From IMG/VR virus record IMGVR_UViG_3300047170_000049, positions 64,001-128,000 of that record: a stretch of 64,000 nucleotides of DNA; one strand, 5' to 3'. Positions within the stretch are counted from its first letter, which is position 1. Every line of letters starts with the position of its first letter. A program made the position numbers and the translations under genes. Below the pieces are notes generated by a model. The model had not been told where the DNA came from. It worked only from the letters and a program-made list of their open reading frames with translations, and made no database searches. The DNA comes from a virus. Below are positions 46,539 to 55,658 of this stretch, one piece after another.

Positions 46539-46820
46539 ACCACTATACAAACTTACAACCATTATGGCCAGCCGATAATAGAAAGAAGCATAATCATTAA
46601 GCATAATAAAGACATCAGTAAGCTCAAGGAGAGGATTTTCACTGAGCCTGATTTTATTAATTCAAAGAAATATGGGTATAGCCTGGAGAAGTTCCAGAAG
46701 CAACACCCTGACAGTATCCCTGATAATATTATTGCGGTACTGCTTTGTATTAGTGTCGAAGAAGTGCAAGGTCACTTCCAATCTTCAGTTGAAAAATTAA
46801 GAAAAGCTTTCAAGATTTAA
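46539..46820 (+). CDS. sigma region-4.2-like HTH protein; no canonical start codon (non-AUG start, recoding or pseudogene)
   Basis: Manual translation KLKERIFTEPDFINSKKYGYSLEKFQKQHPDSIPDNIIAVLLCISVEEVQGHFQSSVEKLRKAFKI; absent from the ORF track. Confidence 0.6.
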   Translation, partial: TTIQTYNHYGQPIIERSIIIKHNKDISKLKERIFTEPDFINSKKYGYSLEKFQKQHPDSIPDNIIAVLLCISVEEVQGHFQSSVEKLRKAFKI

Positions 46821-46838
46821 AAATTTAGTGATATATAG
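46815..46838 (+). promoter_or_regulatory. putative middle promoter for the dnaE operon
   Basis: ATTTAAAAATTTAGTGATATATAG. Confidence 0.5.
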
Positions 46839-46892
46839 AACATAAGCACTGCTTATTGTAGAGTCCGTTTTAGGCGTACTCGAAAGGAAAAT

Positions 46893-49800
46893 ATGAATTT
46901 CAAACCAATCGTACCCCCTCATACACACCCCCTTAGCCTTGATTCTGGCAACTCAGTTAAGCAATTTATCAAAGCCTCAGCTAAGACATTTGGTCATAAG
47001 GCCATTGCTATTACTGACCACGGCACCATGGGTGCAATCATTGAGGCTTACGAATACTCTAAAGAACTTAAGAAGAAAGAAGGCTTGGATATTACAATCA
47101 TTCCAGGCATAGAACTCTACCTGAAGCCTGATGAGACAGACCCCACACGCGACCGTCGTAACGGTAAGCCCGTATCCTACTACCACGTCACATGCCATTT
47201 TAATAACTTCCAATCATACCTCAAGTGCTGTGAACTCACTAAGAAGGGGTATGAACGTGGTCTATGGAAAGGGTCCGAGTATAAGCCTCTCATCACATGG
47301 GACGAGCTTGAATCCCTATCGGGCCAAGTTACGCTCTTCTCGTCATGTCTAATTGGCGCGGTTCTCGGCCCCTGGATTAACGGCTCCAAAGAACAATCTG
47401 AACAGAACTTTGTTCGTTTAAAAAACATTGCTGGTCCCGAAAAATTTTTTGTAGAAATCTTCCCATACGAAGTATCCAAGGACTGGGACAAAAAAGACAT
47501 GGTATTCAAAACCAAGCCCTCGTCTTGCGATTGCCCTAATGGAATGATGCAAGTTGGTGCCAATGAATGGGTAATGCACCTAGCTGAGAAATACAACGTT
47601 CCAATGGTCGCGTCGGAAGATGCCCACTACGCCAACCCTGATGATAAAGCCATTCAAGATGCTCGACTCTCTAACGGTAAAGAACAATGGAAAATGGCTG
47701 ATGTTAACTGTCTGCACACTTCCGATTGGCTCTTCGCAGAGTTTAACCGCCTCCACATCGGAAAATTTTCAGAATCTCAATTTCAAGAAATTATTGAAAA
47801 CTCTTATAAGTTTGCTGACCAATCTAAGGGGTTTAGTCCACATTTTAAACCGGCACTGCCGTTATACCCACTTGAGCTTGAAGCTGGAATGAATGAAGAT
47901 AATCAACAAGCCAAGCACGTTGTTAACTTAATTCAAAAGAAAGGCCGTGTTGACTTCTCTAATGATATTTACCGTAACCGTTTAAATAAAGAGCTTAAAG
48001 AACTAGCCTTTAATGGCAAAATCAATATCCTGCCCTACTTCTTAACACTTCATACCGTTATTGAGCACTGTGAAAAGAATAACATCTTGGTAGGCCCTGG
48101 ACGGGGCTCTGCCGCTGGGTCTCTACTTGCATACGGTCTGGGCATTACTAACGTTGACCCTATTAAAGAAGACCTTAGTTTTGAGCGTTTCTTTGACGTT
48201 ACTCGTGTTGAAGAGGGTCTAGCCGATATTGATACGGACTTTAGCGACCGCGATGCGGTCATTGAATTCGCTAAGAAGGAATGGGGTGACCGTTTTGCCT
48301 ACATTGGAGTCGCCCAGAAGTTCAAAACCAAGATGGCACTCAAAGACATTGATAGATTTTTGAATGGCGAAGTTTCTAAGCTCACGGAAGACGTGGCAAA
48401 ATCAGTTGGTAACTCACCCCAAGGCGTTGACGAAGAGCGATTCTTGAACGGATATACTGACCAAGACGGCAATACTGTAGACGGCGAACTCGACACCAAC
48501 CCCAAACTACTTCGCTACCTACAAGAACACCCTAAAAATGCAGCGTTGCTATTCAAGATGATTGGTATTACCCGTCAAATGGGCCGTCATGCGTGTGGGG
48601 TTATCATAGCAGACCGCCCTGTCCATGAGTTTATCCCCCTAATGAAGGTTAAAGGCGAGCTTATCACCCAGCTTACCCCCGAATGGGTCCAGAAGTGTGG
48701 TGGCGTTAAGTACGACTTCCTAGGTCTAAACACGCTTTTAGACGTGCAAAAGTGTGTACGTCTTATCAAGGAACGCACTGGGAAGGTGATTGACCCATGG
48801 AAAATTGAAGACACTCCTGAAATCTGGGAAGCGGCAGCTAATAACCCTTCGACTATTTTCCAGTTACATACGCAAACGGTCCGTCATGGTTTACAGACTA
48901 TGCGTCCTAAGAATGTTACTGAAGGCGCTATCCTTACATCAATCTTTCGACCAGGCGCTACAGATGCCGTTTCAGATGAAGACCCTAATAAGACCATGGC
49001 AGATATATTCTTAGAGCGTTGGACTGGTCAGCGTGAGACTAAGTATATTCACCCAGACCTTATTCCTTACTTGTCTGTCACCAAGGGTGTTATCACTTGG
49101 CAAGAACAAATTATGAAAATAGTCCATGAACTCGGTGGGTTAACTATGGTTGAGACTCAAAAGGTTCGTAAGTCTATTTCTAAGAAAGTTTCAGATGACC
49201 TGATTAACTCACTGAACAAGGTTGAGAAACATTTGGTTGAGGTGCGGGGCTGGACTAAAGAACAGGCTAACTCCTTGACTTCACAGATGAAAGCTTCAGG
49301 CCGTTACTCGTTCAATAAATCCCACGCTATTTCCTATATTTACATTGCGCGTGCGTGCGCATATTTGAAGTACCACTACCCATTGGAATGGTGGACTGCC
49401 GTATTATCTAATGCTGATAAAGAAGACTTAAAAGGCTACTGGAAGCATGTGTCTAAGTTTGTTCGCTTCCCTGATGTCAATAAGTCCAACGATTCCTTTG
49501 AGATTTCTAGCGAAGGTGGTGTAGAGTTTATTAGAGCGCCCTTGAGCCTACTGGAAGGCATTGGAGCGGCTGCCCTAGCTGAGATAACGTCTAAGCGTCC
49601 GTTTGTGGATTTTAGAGACTTTATCACGCGAATTGACCGTAGGGTAATTAACAAGCGTGCCGTGGCTAACCTTATTTTCAGTAATTCTTTAGATTCGCTA
49701 TTTACTACGGATAGGACCGACGAAGAAAAATATGCTGAATATTTGAATCTAAGGGCTGAGATTGCTGGCACTACCCGTGAAGCCTTCCCCCAGGAGTACA

Positions 49801-50279
49801 TGAATTTAACCCCATTAAAACGCTATCTACTTAAGAAGACTATATTAACTGTATATAGTGACGACTTATTTGACATAGCCCTGCCAAAATTAATTGCAGA
49901 AAAAATGGTCGAGATTGACCAAAATGGGATATATAAGTATTTGGATACGAGTGGAAAGTTTACGATTGCCAATAGCAATACGTTTAAAATTTTCACCGAT
50001 GCCAACAATCCAGCGGAGGCTAACTTTGCCGTGATTGGAATGATTCAAGATGAGAAGGAATTCATCTATCAAAAGACTAAGAAGGCATTGAAGCTTTCAG
50101 TTGAGTTGGATGACTTGACGTTTGAGACGGTTAAGTGGCCTAAGTGGGGCTCAGACCATCACGATGAAGAAAAGGTTAAGAACACTATTTGCGTTTTAAT
50201 TCTGAACCGCAAAGGTGGAACTGGCAGAGATAAGGTTTTTGTTAAAAAGATTATTCCAATAGAAAGAGGAATCGAATGA
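46893..50279 (+). CDS. dnaE: DNA polymerase III alpha subunit (family C)
   Basis: PHP domain (HTH, ITDHG, DAHY); GPGRGSAAGSL; catalytic DIDTDF; FNKSHA. Confidence 0.95.
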   Translation: MNFKPIVPPHTHPLSLDSGNSVKQFIKASAKTFGHKAIAITDHGTMGAIIEAYEYSKELKKKEGLDITIIPGIELYLKPDETDPTRDRRNGKPVSYYHVTCHFNNFQSYLKCCELTKKGYERGLWKGSEYKPLITWDELESLSGQVTLFSSCLIGAVLGPWINGSKEQSEQNFVRLKNIAGPEKFFVEIFPYEVSKDWDKKDMVFKTKPSSCDCPNGMMQVGANEWVMHLAEKYNVPMVASEDAHYANPDDKAIQDARLSNGKEQWKMADVNCLHTSDWLFAEFNRLHIGKFSESQFQEIIENSYKFADQSKGFSPHFKPALPLYPLELEAGMNEDNQQAKHVVNLIQKKGRVDFSNDIYRNRLNKELKELAFNGKINILPYFLTLHTVIEHCEKNNILVGPGRGSAAGSLLAYGLGITNVDPIKEDLSFERFFDVTRVEEGLADIDTDFSDRDAVIEFAKKEWGDRFAYIGVAQKFKTKMALKDIDRFLNGEVSKLTEDVAKSVGNSPQGVDEERFLNGYTDQDGNTVDGELDTNPKLLRYLQEHPKNAALLFKMIGITRQMGRHACGVIIADRPVHEFIPLMKVKGELITQLTPEWVQKCGGVKYDFLGLNTLLDVQKCVRLIKERTGKVIDPWKIEDTPEIWEAAANNPSTIFQLHTQTVRHGLQTMRPKNVTEGAILTSIFRPGATDAVSDEDPNKTMADIFLERWTGQRETKYIHPDLIPYLSVTKGVITWQEQIMKIVHELGGLTMVETQKVRKSISKKVSDDLINSLNKVEKHLVEVRGWTKEQANSLTSQMKASGRYSFNKSHAISYIYIARACAYLKYHYPLEWWTAVLSNADKEDLKGYWKHVSKFVRFPDVNKSNDSFEISSEGGVEFIRAPLSLLEGIGAAALAEITSKRPFVDFRDFITRIDRRVINKRAVANLIFSNSLDSLFTTDRTDEEKYAEYLNLRAEIAGTTREAFPQEYMNLTPLKRYLLKKTILTVYSDDLFDIALPKLIAEKMVEIDQNGIYKYLDTSGKFTIANSNTFKIFTDANNPAEANFAVIGMIQDEKEFIYQKTKKALKLSVELDDLTFETVKWPKWGSDHHDEEKVKNTICVLILNRKGGTGRDKVFVKKIIPIERGIE

Positions 50280-51049
50280 CTAACACAGAATTAAGAAAGA
50301 AAATCCAAGATTTAAAGGTAATCATTGGTCGAAACCTGGAGAACTGGGATTCTCGCACCCGCTCAGGCATGGTTGGCCAACAAGAAAAAGCCAAACGTGA
50401 CATTGAAGTTACGAAGCAAGAATTGTCTACCAACATCGTGCGTAGTGCAATGCTCATCGCAGGTCTAGAAGATGCCCCTGCCGCTACTTTAAAAGGTATC
50501 GCAGCTATGAACCCATCAGAGTCTGTATCAATTGACTTCTATGAATTAGAACACAGATTAATTGATAGTATTTATAAAGGTCGCGAAGTTGTTGGGTTCA
50601 CCGTTAACAATGAATTCACCATCATGTTGAACCGCGTTCTATCTTTAGTAAGAGATGAGCTTGGTGCCATTTCAATGCCCACCGTTGCAATCCCTGCCAC
50701 ACGCTACGGCAAGTATGATAGTAAAGATGACGTTGCAAAATTCTTGCATGAAATTTTTAAAGCTCAGTTTGGAACAGAGTTAAAAGCAAAATATATGCAC
50801 CTAAGACTCACCCAGCTTGGCAAAGAGCTTCTGGATGGTAACTTTGACACCTTAACGATTGTGGTTACAAACATTCCTAAAGACTTTAGACAAGTTGTCG
50901 GTGGAATCACAAAACACTTAGTTTTCGTAACTAAAGAAGAAGGTATCCCAGAAAGTGTGGTATCTTCAGAGGGTGATACTGAACAAGATTTAATTTTAAA
51001 GATTGTTAATAAGATTCAAGAAAATAAACTTAAAGGAGAAAATAAATGA
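50276..51049 (+). CDS. hypothetical protein
   Basis: ATGA overlaps; replication operon. Confidence 0.7.
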   Translation: MTNTELRKKIQDLKVIIGRNLENWDSRTRSGMVGQQEKAKRDIEVTKQELSTNIVRSAMLIAGLEDAPAATLKGIAAMNPSESVSIDFYELEHRLIDSIYKGREVVGFTVNNEFTIMLNRVLSLVRDELGAISMPTVAIPATRYGKYDSKDDVAKFLHEIFKAQFGTELKAKYMHLRLTQLGKELLDGNFDTLTIVVTNIPKDFRQVVGGITKHLVFVTKEEGIPESVVSSEGDTEQDLILKIVNKIQENKLKGENK

Positions 51050-52077
51050 GTACAGGTATTTACGACCCAACCAAAACTGGTGGAGGCAACTTCACTCGTC
51101 GAAATTACTTCGACGTAGAAAAAGACGGCGTTTCTAATGTGTATCGTCTTTTACCCCCGTTCGGTTCATTAGCAAACGACGGTAAAATTGCTTACTACTG
51201 GGCAATCCACTTTGGATTTAAAAACTCAGAAGGTAAGATGAAGCCTATTGCTTGCATTCAACGTAAGAATAAAGAAGGCGTTGTCACTCAAGCATGTCCT
51301 TTGTGCATTAAACTTAACTCACTTAAGACTGCACACGAAGCAATGAAGCTTAAAGACCCAGAATCACCCATGACCAAAGAACTTGGCGAAAGACTCCGTT
51401 GGTTGAACCTTGATAAAGGGTACTCACTCAACGTTCTTGCTACGGATGGTAAGATTGGCGTTCTCAAGTTAAGATATAAGCCTTTTAAAGCTTTAGAGAC
51501 TTTAATCACTAAGCTTCATAAAGAAGAAGGCGTTAATGCAGTTAACCCTGGTGAAGGCGTTTACTTTGATATTCGTCGTACTGGAACGGGTTTTCAAACT
51601 GAATACACCGTTGAAGCTGCCACCCTTACCTATAAGAATCAAGACACTGGTCGTATGGTTAAGGAATACAAAATGGCCGTGGTTGACGATTCAATCATTG
51701 AGCGCATGGAAAAAGAAGCCGCTGACCTTCCTAAGCTCTATAAGATTTTTAGCGAAGAAGACTTAGCTTTAGTTGCTACAGGCGACCCCACCGTGTTGGA
51801 CCGTTTGTTTGCTAAACCTGAGAAGAAAGAAGTTGGTGGTGGTTTTTCTGGTGGTGAAGACGGTGGTGCAGATGAAGATACTGAAGCTCAAGCCGCTTCT
51901 TCACAAGCAAATGCTGTTAAAGCAGCGTATGTTGCAGCCGCTCCAGTGGCAGCAAAAGCTGAACCTGAATTGACCGTGGCGTCTACACCAGCGCCATCAC
52001 CTGCAGCGGCAGCCGCCGTATTGCAGATGTCTAAAGACGAACAAGATTTAGTGGCTCAATTTCTTAACAGAGGATGA
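51046..52077 (+). CDS. single-stranded DNA-binding protein (gp32-like)
   Basis: YRLLPP...H..., CPLC, RTGTG..TEY, acidic low-complexity tail; next to recA. Confidence 0.7.
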   Translation: MSTGIYDPTKTGGGNFTRRNYFDVEKDGVSNVYRLLPPFGSLANDGKIAYYWAIHFGFKNSEGKMKPIACIQRKNKEGVVTQACPLCIKLNSLKTAHEAMKLKDPESPMTKELGERLRWLNLDKGYSLNVLATDGKIGVLKLRYKPFKALETLITKLHKEEGVNAVNPGEGVYFDIRRTGTGFQTEYTVEAATLTYKNQDTGRMVKEYKMAVVDDSIIERMEKEAADLPKLYKIFSEEDLALVATGDPTVLDRLFAKPEKKEVGGGFSGGEDGGADEDTEAQAASSQANAVKAAYVAAAPVAAKAEPELTVASTPAPSPAAAAAVLQMSKDEQDLVAQFLNRG

Positions 52078-52619
52078 TTATGTCAAACGTTACAGCATTA
52101 AGTGCTTCAGACCTACATGAAACTTCTGCGAATATCTCACTTCCCAGAGGTAATGGACTTAAGCCCTTAATTCTTGACATGACTAAAGTTTACGAAGTGG
52201 AATCAAGGATTGGAGAAATAGCACACTCCAATCCTATGACCTTCCCAGTTTTAGTCAGTGAGTTTAACTTAAGCTACATTCAAATCAGTAAGATGGTAGC
52301 AGCGGTTCAATTGGAAAAGGCACAAGTAGAGACCATGCTTAACCAAGCTAAGTCAGTAGCCTTACTTGATACCGTAGAACTAACTTTGGCCAATAAGAAA
52401 ATTAAGTCAACTGCAGATACACGAGAAGCCGCCCTTCATTTAGACCCACAAGTACAAGAATTTACTCAGCGTCTTAACATGCTTGAGGCGGTTCACACTC
52501 TTCTCAAAGATAAGGCCAAGGGAATTGAAATGGCATATCACGCAGCTAAGAAAGTTGCAGAGTTAAATGCCCGTATTCCTGATGGTTCTATCAAGGGTGG
52601 TTTAAGTGCAGGCGAATAA
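52074..52619 (+). CDS. putative recombination mediator (UvsY-like)
   Basis: Helical KSTADTREA...D pattern; lies between SSB and recA. Confidence 0.45.
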   Translation: MIMSNVTALSASDLHETSANISLPRGNGLKPLILDMTKVYEVESRIGEIAHSNPMTFPVLVSEFNLSYIQISKMVAAVQLEKAQVETMLNQAKSVALLDTVELTLANKKIKSTADTREAALHLDPQVQEFTQRLNMLEAVHTLLKDKAKGIEMAYHAAKKVAELNARIPDGSIKGGLSAGE

Positions 52620-52632
52620 CTTAGGAGATACT

Positions 52633-53679
52633 ATGTCTAAAAAAGAAATTGTTCCAGCTAACAAATGGATGTCTAAATTACTTAAGCACGAAGCTGCAGT
52701 TAAATACGAATTGCAAGAAGACGCTAAGTACATGAAGTCACCAAGCCCTGGTGTTAATTATTTGTTTGGTAAGAAAATGGGAATGAAGCCTGGTACGTCC
52801 ATGCTTCTTTACGGTCCTGCTAAGTCAGGTAAAACCTTATTGTCACTAGCTTTTGCAGGTCAACTACATCGTGATGACCCAGAAGCAATCATTCTCCACT
52901 TTGATACGGAAATGCGTGAAACCGTGCCTACATGGGCTAAAGTATTTGGCATTGATATGAGCCGAATCGTCACCTACAGCACCAATCGCCCTGAAGAAAT
53001 CTTTGACTTCATCGCTACTGATGTTCAGGCGATGATTCAAGAAGGTGCTCCAATCAAGTGTATTATCATTGACTCACTTGCTGCACTTTCTTATCCCAAA
53101 GAAGCCAACGCTGAAAAGACTACTAACCATGTTATGGGTGATGCCGCTGCGTATCTCAACCGTGGTATGAAAGCAATTCTTCCAGTGATTCGTCGTGGTG
53201 GCATTTACACATTCTTGTGTCAACACGTTCGAGATAATATGGACCCACAAACTGCCAAATATCAAAAGTATGTGATACCTGGTGGTCGTGGTCTTAAACA
53301 CTTGTGCGAATACTTCGTCTTGTGTGAGAAAATTAATAATAAAGATTCCAAAACCTTTGATTCTGTTAAGACCGATGGTAGCGGTAATCCTATTCAAACT
53401 GGTCACCACATTCGCGTAGCAATGGAAGAGAATTCTTGCGGTCCACAAAATCGTAAGATTGAAATTCAATTGTCATATGTGGATGGTATTGTTAACCAAC
53501 ACGAAGAAATCGCAACTCTAGCAGTTAACATGGGAGTTATTCAACGCCCTAATAACATGACCTATGCTTACGGCGATAAGAAATGGGTTGGTTACGCTAA
53601 CTTTGTTGAAGCCCTCAAAGCAGATTTTGATTTGCAAAGGGAATTACTTGACAAGGTGGTAGAGAACGACCTAACATAA
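52633..53679 (+). CDS. recA: RecA/UvsX recombinase
   Basis: GPAKSGKT, FDTE, IIDSLAAL, QHVR, PGGRGLKH. Confidence 0.9.
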   Translation: MSKKEIVPANKWMSKLLKHEAAVKYELQEDAKYMKSPSPGVNYLFGKKMGMKPGTSMLLYGPAKSGKTLLSLAFAGQLHRDDPEAIILHFDTEMRETVPTWAKVFGIDMSRIVTYSTNRPEEIFDFIATDVQAMIQEGAPIKCIIIDSLAALSYPKEANAEKTTNHVMGDAAAYLNRGMKAILPVIRRGGIYTFLCQHVRDNMDPQTAKYQKYVIPGGRGLKHLCEYFVLCEKINNKDSKTFDSVKTDGSGNPIQTGHHIRVAMEENSCGPQNRKIEIQLSYVDGIVNQHEEIATLAVNMGVIQRPNNMTYAYGDKKWVGYANFVEALKADFDLQRELLDKVVENDLT

Positions 53680-53693
53680 GGAAATAAAAGAAT

Positions 53694-53892
53694 TAAGGAA
53701 TTGTGGCAGGGGAGAACGTCGGTACACGAGCATCAGTCCCCTGAAGCAAGCCGACCTAGGATTCCTTAGTAGTACAGTGGCGTGTATAGCGAACTCTTAT
53801 GAGAAGTCAGTAGCTAGGGTGTGTCCTTATCGAACACGGGGCTTAGAAAGCCCTGGGGCATGAACTAAGTGTTATAGCTGCGCCACGGTACT
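53694..53892 (+). ncRNA. candidate structured ncRNA (pseudoknot domain plus multibranch domain)
   Basis: TAAGGAAT/ATTCCTTA encloses interleaved CAGGGGA/TCCCCTG and GTCGGT/GCCGAC; AGTAC-GTGGCG-TATAGC pairs with GTTATA-CGCCAC-GTACT; T-run follows. Confidence 0.55.
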
Positions 53893-53910
53893 TTTTATTG
53901 AAAGAAATTA

Positions 53911-54879
53911 ATGGAAGAAAGATTACGTCAATTCTTTGCAGACCAGGGCATTTCTCCCTCCAGTGAGACTGGCCGCTCATTTATTTTTAACTGCCCAGCT
54001 TGTGGTGGCACCCAAAAGCTTTACATGCAGAAGTCGGACGGCTCATCTGTATGCTTTAAACAAGGCACCTCTACATGCCCTAAAAATCGAAGTAAGCCTC
54101 AATTCGTATTAGCTCAATTAACTTCCTTGCCAGTTAAAGAAATAGCCGATATAATTTATTTAAGAACGGCCAAACTAGAGCAAGACACCTTAAAAATAGA
54201 CTTTAGTGATAGGAAAATCACTAATAAAAATCAAGAGTTAGCCCTTGCCACACTAGAGATGCACTTCGTACCCCTATTAGATAATAGTGCTAAACCTGGT
54301 GTCGATTATTTAGCCAGTCGAGGAATTTCCTTTGAGATTGCACAGAAGTATGGGATTATGTACTCAGCGGTCTTTAAGAGAGTTATCTTCCCTGTCATCA
54401 TGAAGAACACTCTATATGGGTGGCAAGCACGCGCTATCGAGAAGAACGTAGAGCTTAGGATGAAGAACATGCCTGGTTATTGGAAGAGCCAGTCATTAAT
54501 GTTCTACGATAATATAATTAACAAAGATTTTGCTATCTTAGCAGAAGGACCCGTTGATGCACTGAAATTTGAAAAGGTCGGTGGGTTTGTAGCGTCAATG
54601 GGTAAGACCATCTCTACGGCTCAATTAAAGCTTCTTAAGGATGCAAAAATTAAGAGGCTCTATCTTGCATTGGATGATGATGCCGATGATAAATTAGATG
54701 CTATTAAAAAGTATTTGGATGATGGAGTAACCAATCGAATGCAGTTTTTTAAACTCAAAGTGCCTTCACATAGAGAGGATTTTGGGGCCTGCACATACGA
54801 AGAATGTGAAGAGGCATTTAGGAATGCTAAATCCATGGAAGACTCAATGATTATCTTACCGCTGGGAGTATTTAGATGA
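53911..54879 (+). CDS. DNA primase (Zn finger plus TOPRIM)
   Basis: CPACG...C..C; YLASRGI; EGPVDA; LALDDDA. Confidence 0.88.
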   Translation: MEERLRQFFADQGISPSSETGRSFIFNCPACGGTQKLYMQKSDGSSVCFKQGTSTCPKNRSKPQFVLAQLTSLPVKEIADIIYLRTAKLEQDTLKIDFSDRKITNKNQELALATLEMHFVPLLDNSAKPGVDYLASRGISFEIAQKYGIMYSAVFKRVIFPVIMKNTLYGWQARAIEKNVELRMKNMPGYWKSQSLMFYDNIINKDFAILAEGPVDALKFEKVGGFVASMGKTISTAQLKLLKDAKIKRLYLALDDDADDKLDAIKKYLDDGVTNRMQFFKLKVPSHREDFGACTYEECEEAFRNAKSMEDSMIILPLGVFR

Positions 54880-55658
54880 AAACAAAAGGTTTTGTGTACC
54901 GTTCTGATTTTGAAGGCTTGTATCTGCGAAAGCACTCTTTTAAGTCTGGTCCTTTTGATGAAACAAAACTTAAAACTTACAATGCTTTAATTAAGAAGTT
55001 TGCTTGGAAGGCATACTCCTACAACGTTTCTTTATTTCATAAAGTTGGAATGGATTTAGTAGACTTAGAATCCATTGGAATGTCATACCTTTACACATTT
55101 TTTTCAAATCCGTGTAGTATCAAGTTTGATAAGAAATTAGACGAGTACCGTATATTGCACCGACATTTACGTCAACGCTATGAACATCTTATAATTTTTA
55201 CCAGGCGCAAGGTTAAGGGTATTGTTGACTCAACCAATTACACAGAAGAACACATGGATGGTAAGGCTTCTTGTGAGCACGTTTTTATAATTGACCAAAT
55301 TGCTTCAACCCAAGAAACGCCTGAGAAGCTGGCCTTAAGTAAAGAATTTTCCAATAAAGTAGATTCTTACCTTAAAGACGTATTAGAAGAAGTTTATCCT
55401 GTGAATGAAGGTACATTGAAGAAAATTAAAATCAATGATGCGGATTTTAAAAAAATCTGTTTATTTCACATAGTTAGTCACTACGAAACGCCTAGTAGAT
55501 TCTCTAATTCTGTTACATTGGATACATGGGTCAAACGTAAAATTACAAAAAAAATTAACGATTTTATGATTAATATTAATGAAAGTTACGAAAAGAATGA
55601 TATTAAGAATATAAGCAAGAAGGTCAACAAGATTTTAGAAATGGACTTTGACGCGTGA
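54876..55658 (+). CDS. possible divergent sigma-like transcription factor
   Basis: YNALIKKFAWK...DLVDLESIG resembles sigma region 2. Confidence 0.4.
   Translation: MKTKGFVYRSDFEGLYLRKHSFKSGPFDETKLKTYNALIKKFAWKAYSYNVSLFHKVGMDLVDLESIGMSYLYTFFSNPCSIKFDKKLDEYRILHRHLRQRYEHLIIFTRRKVKGIVDSTNYTEEHMDGKASCEHVFIIDQIASTQETPEKLALSKEFSNKVDSYLKDVLEEVYPVNEGTLKKIKINDADFKKICLFHIVSHYETPSRFSNSVTLDTWVKRKITKKINDFMININESYEKNDIKNISKKVNKILEMDFDA

Noticed and set aside
46893-50279. Intein or intron in dnaE (also checked terminase, helicases, recA, thyA)
   Set aside because: Lengths are normal, with no C...HN splice motifs or frame interruptions
53771-53892. Resemblance to TPP riboswitch, 5S rRNA, pistol, HDV or hammerhead ribozymes
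   Set aside because: Only fragments match (GGGCUUAGA, CGAACAC, AAGCCCU). The required cores (CUGAU...GCG, CUGANGA/GAAA, HDV P3/L3) are absent, so the element is left unassigned
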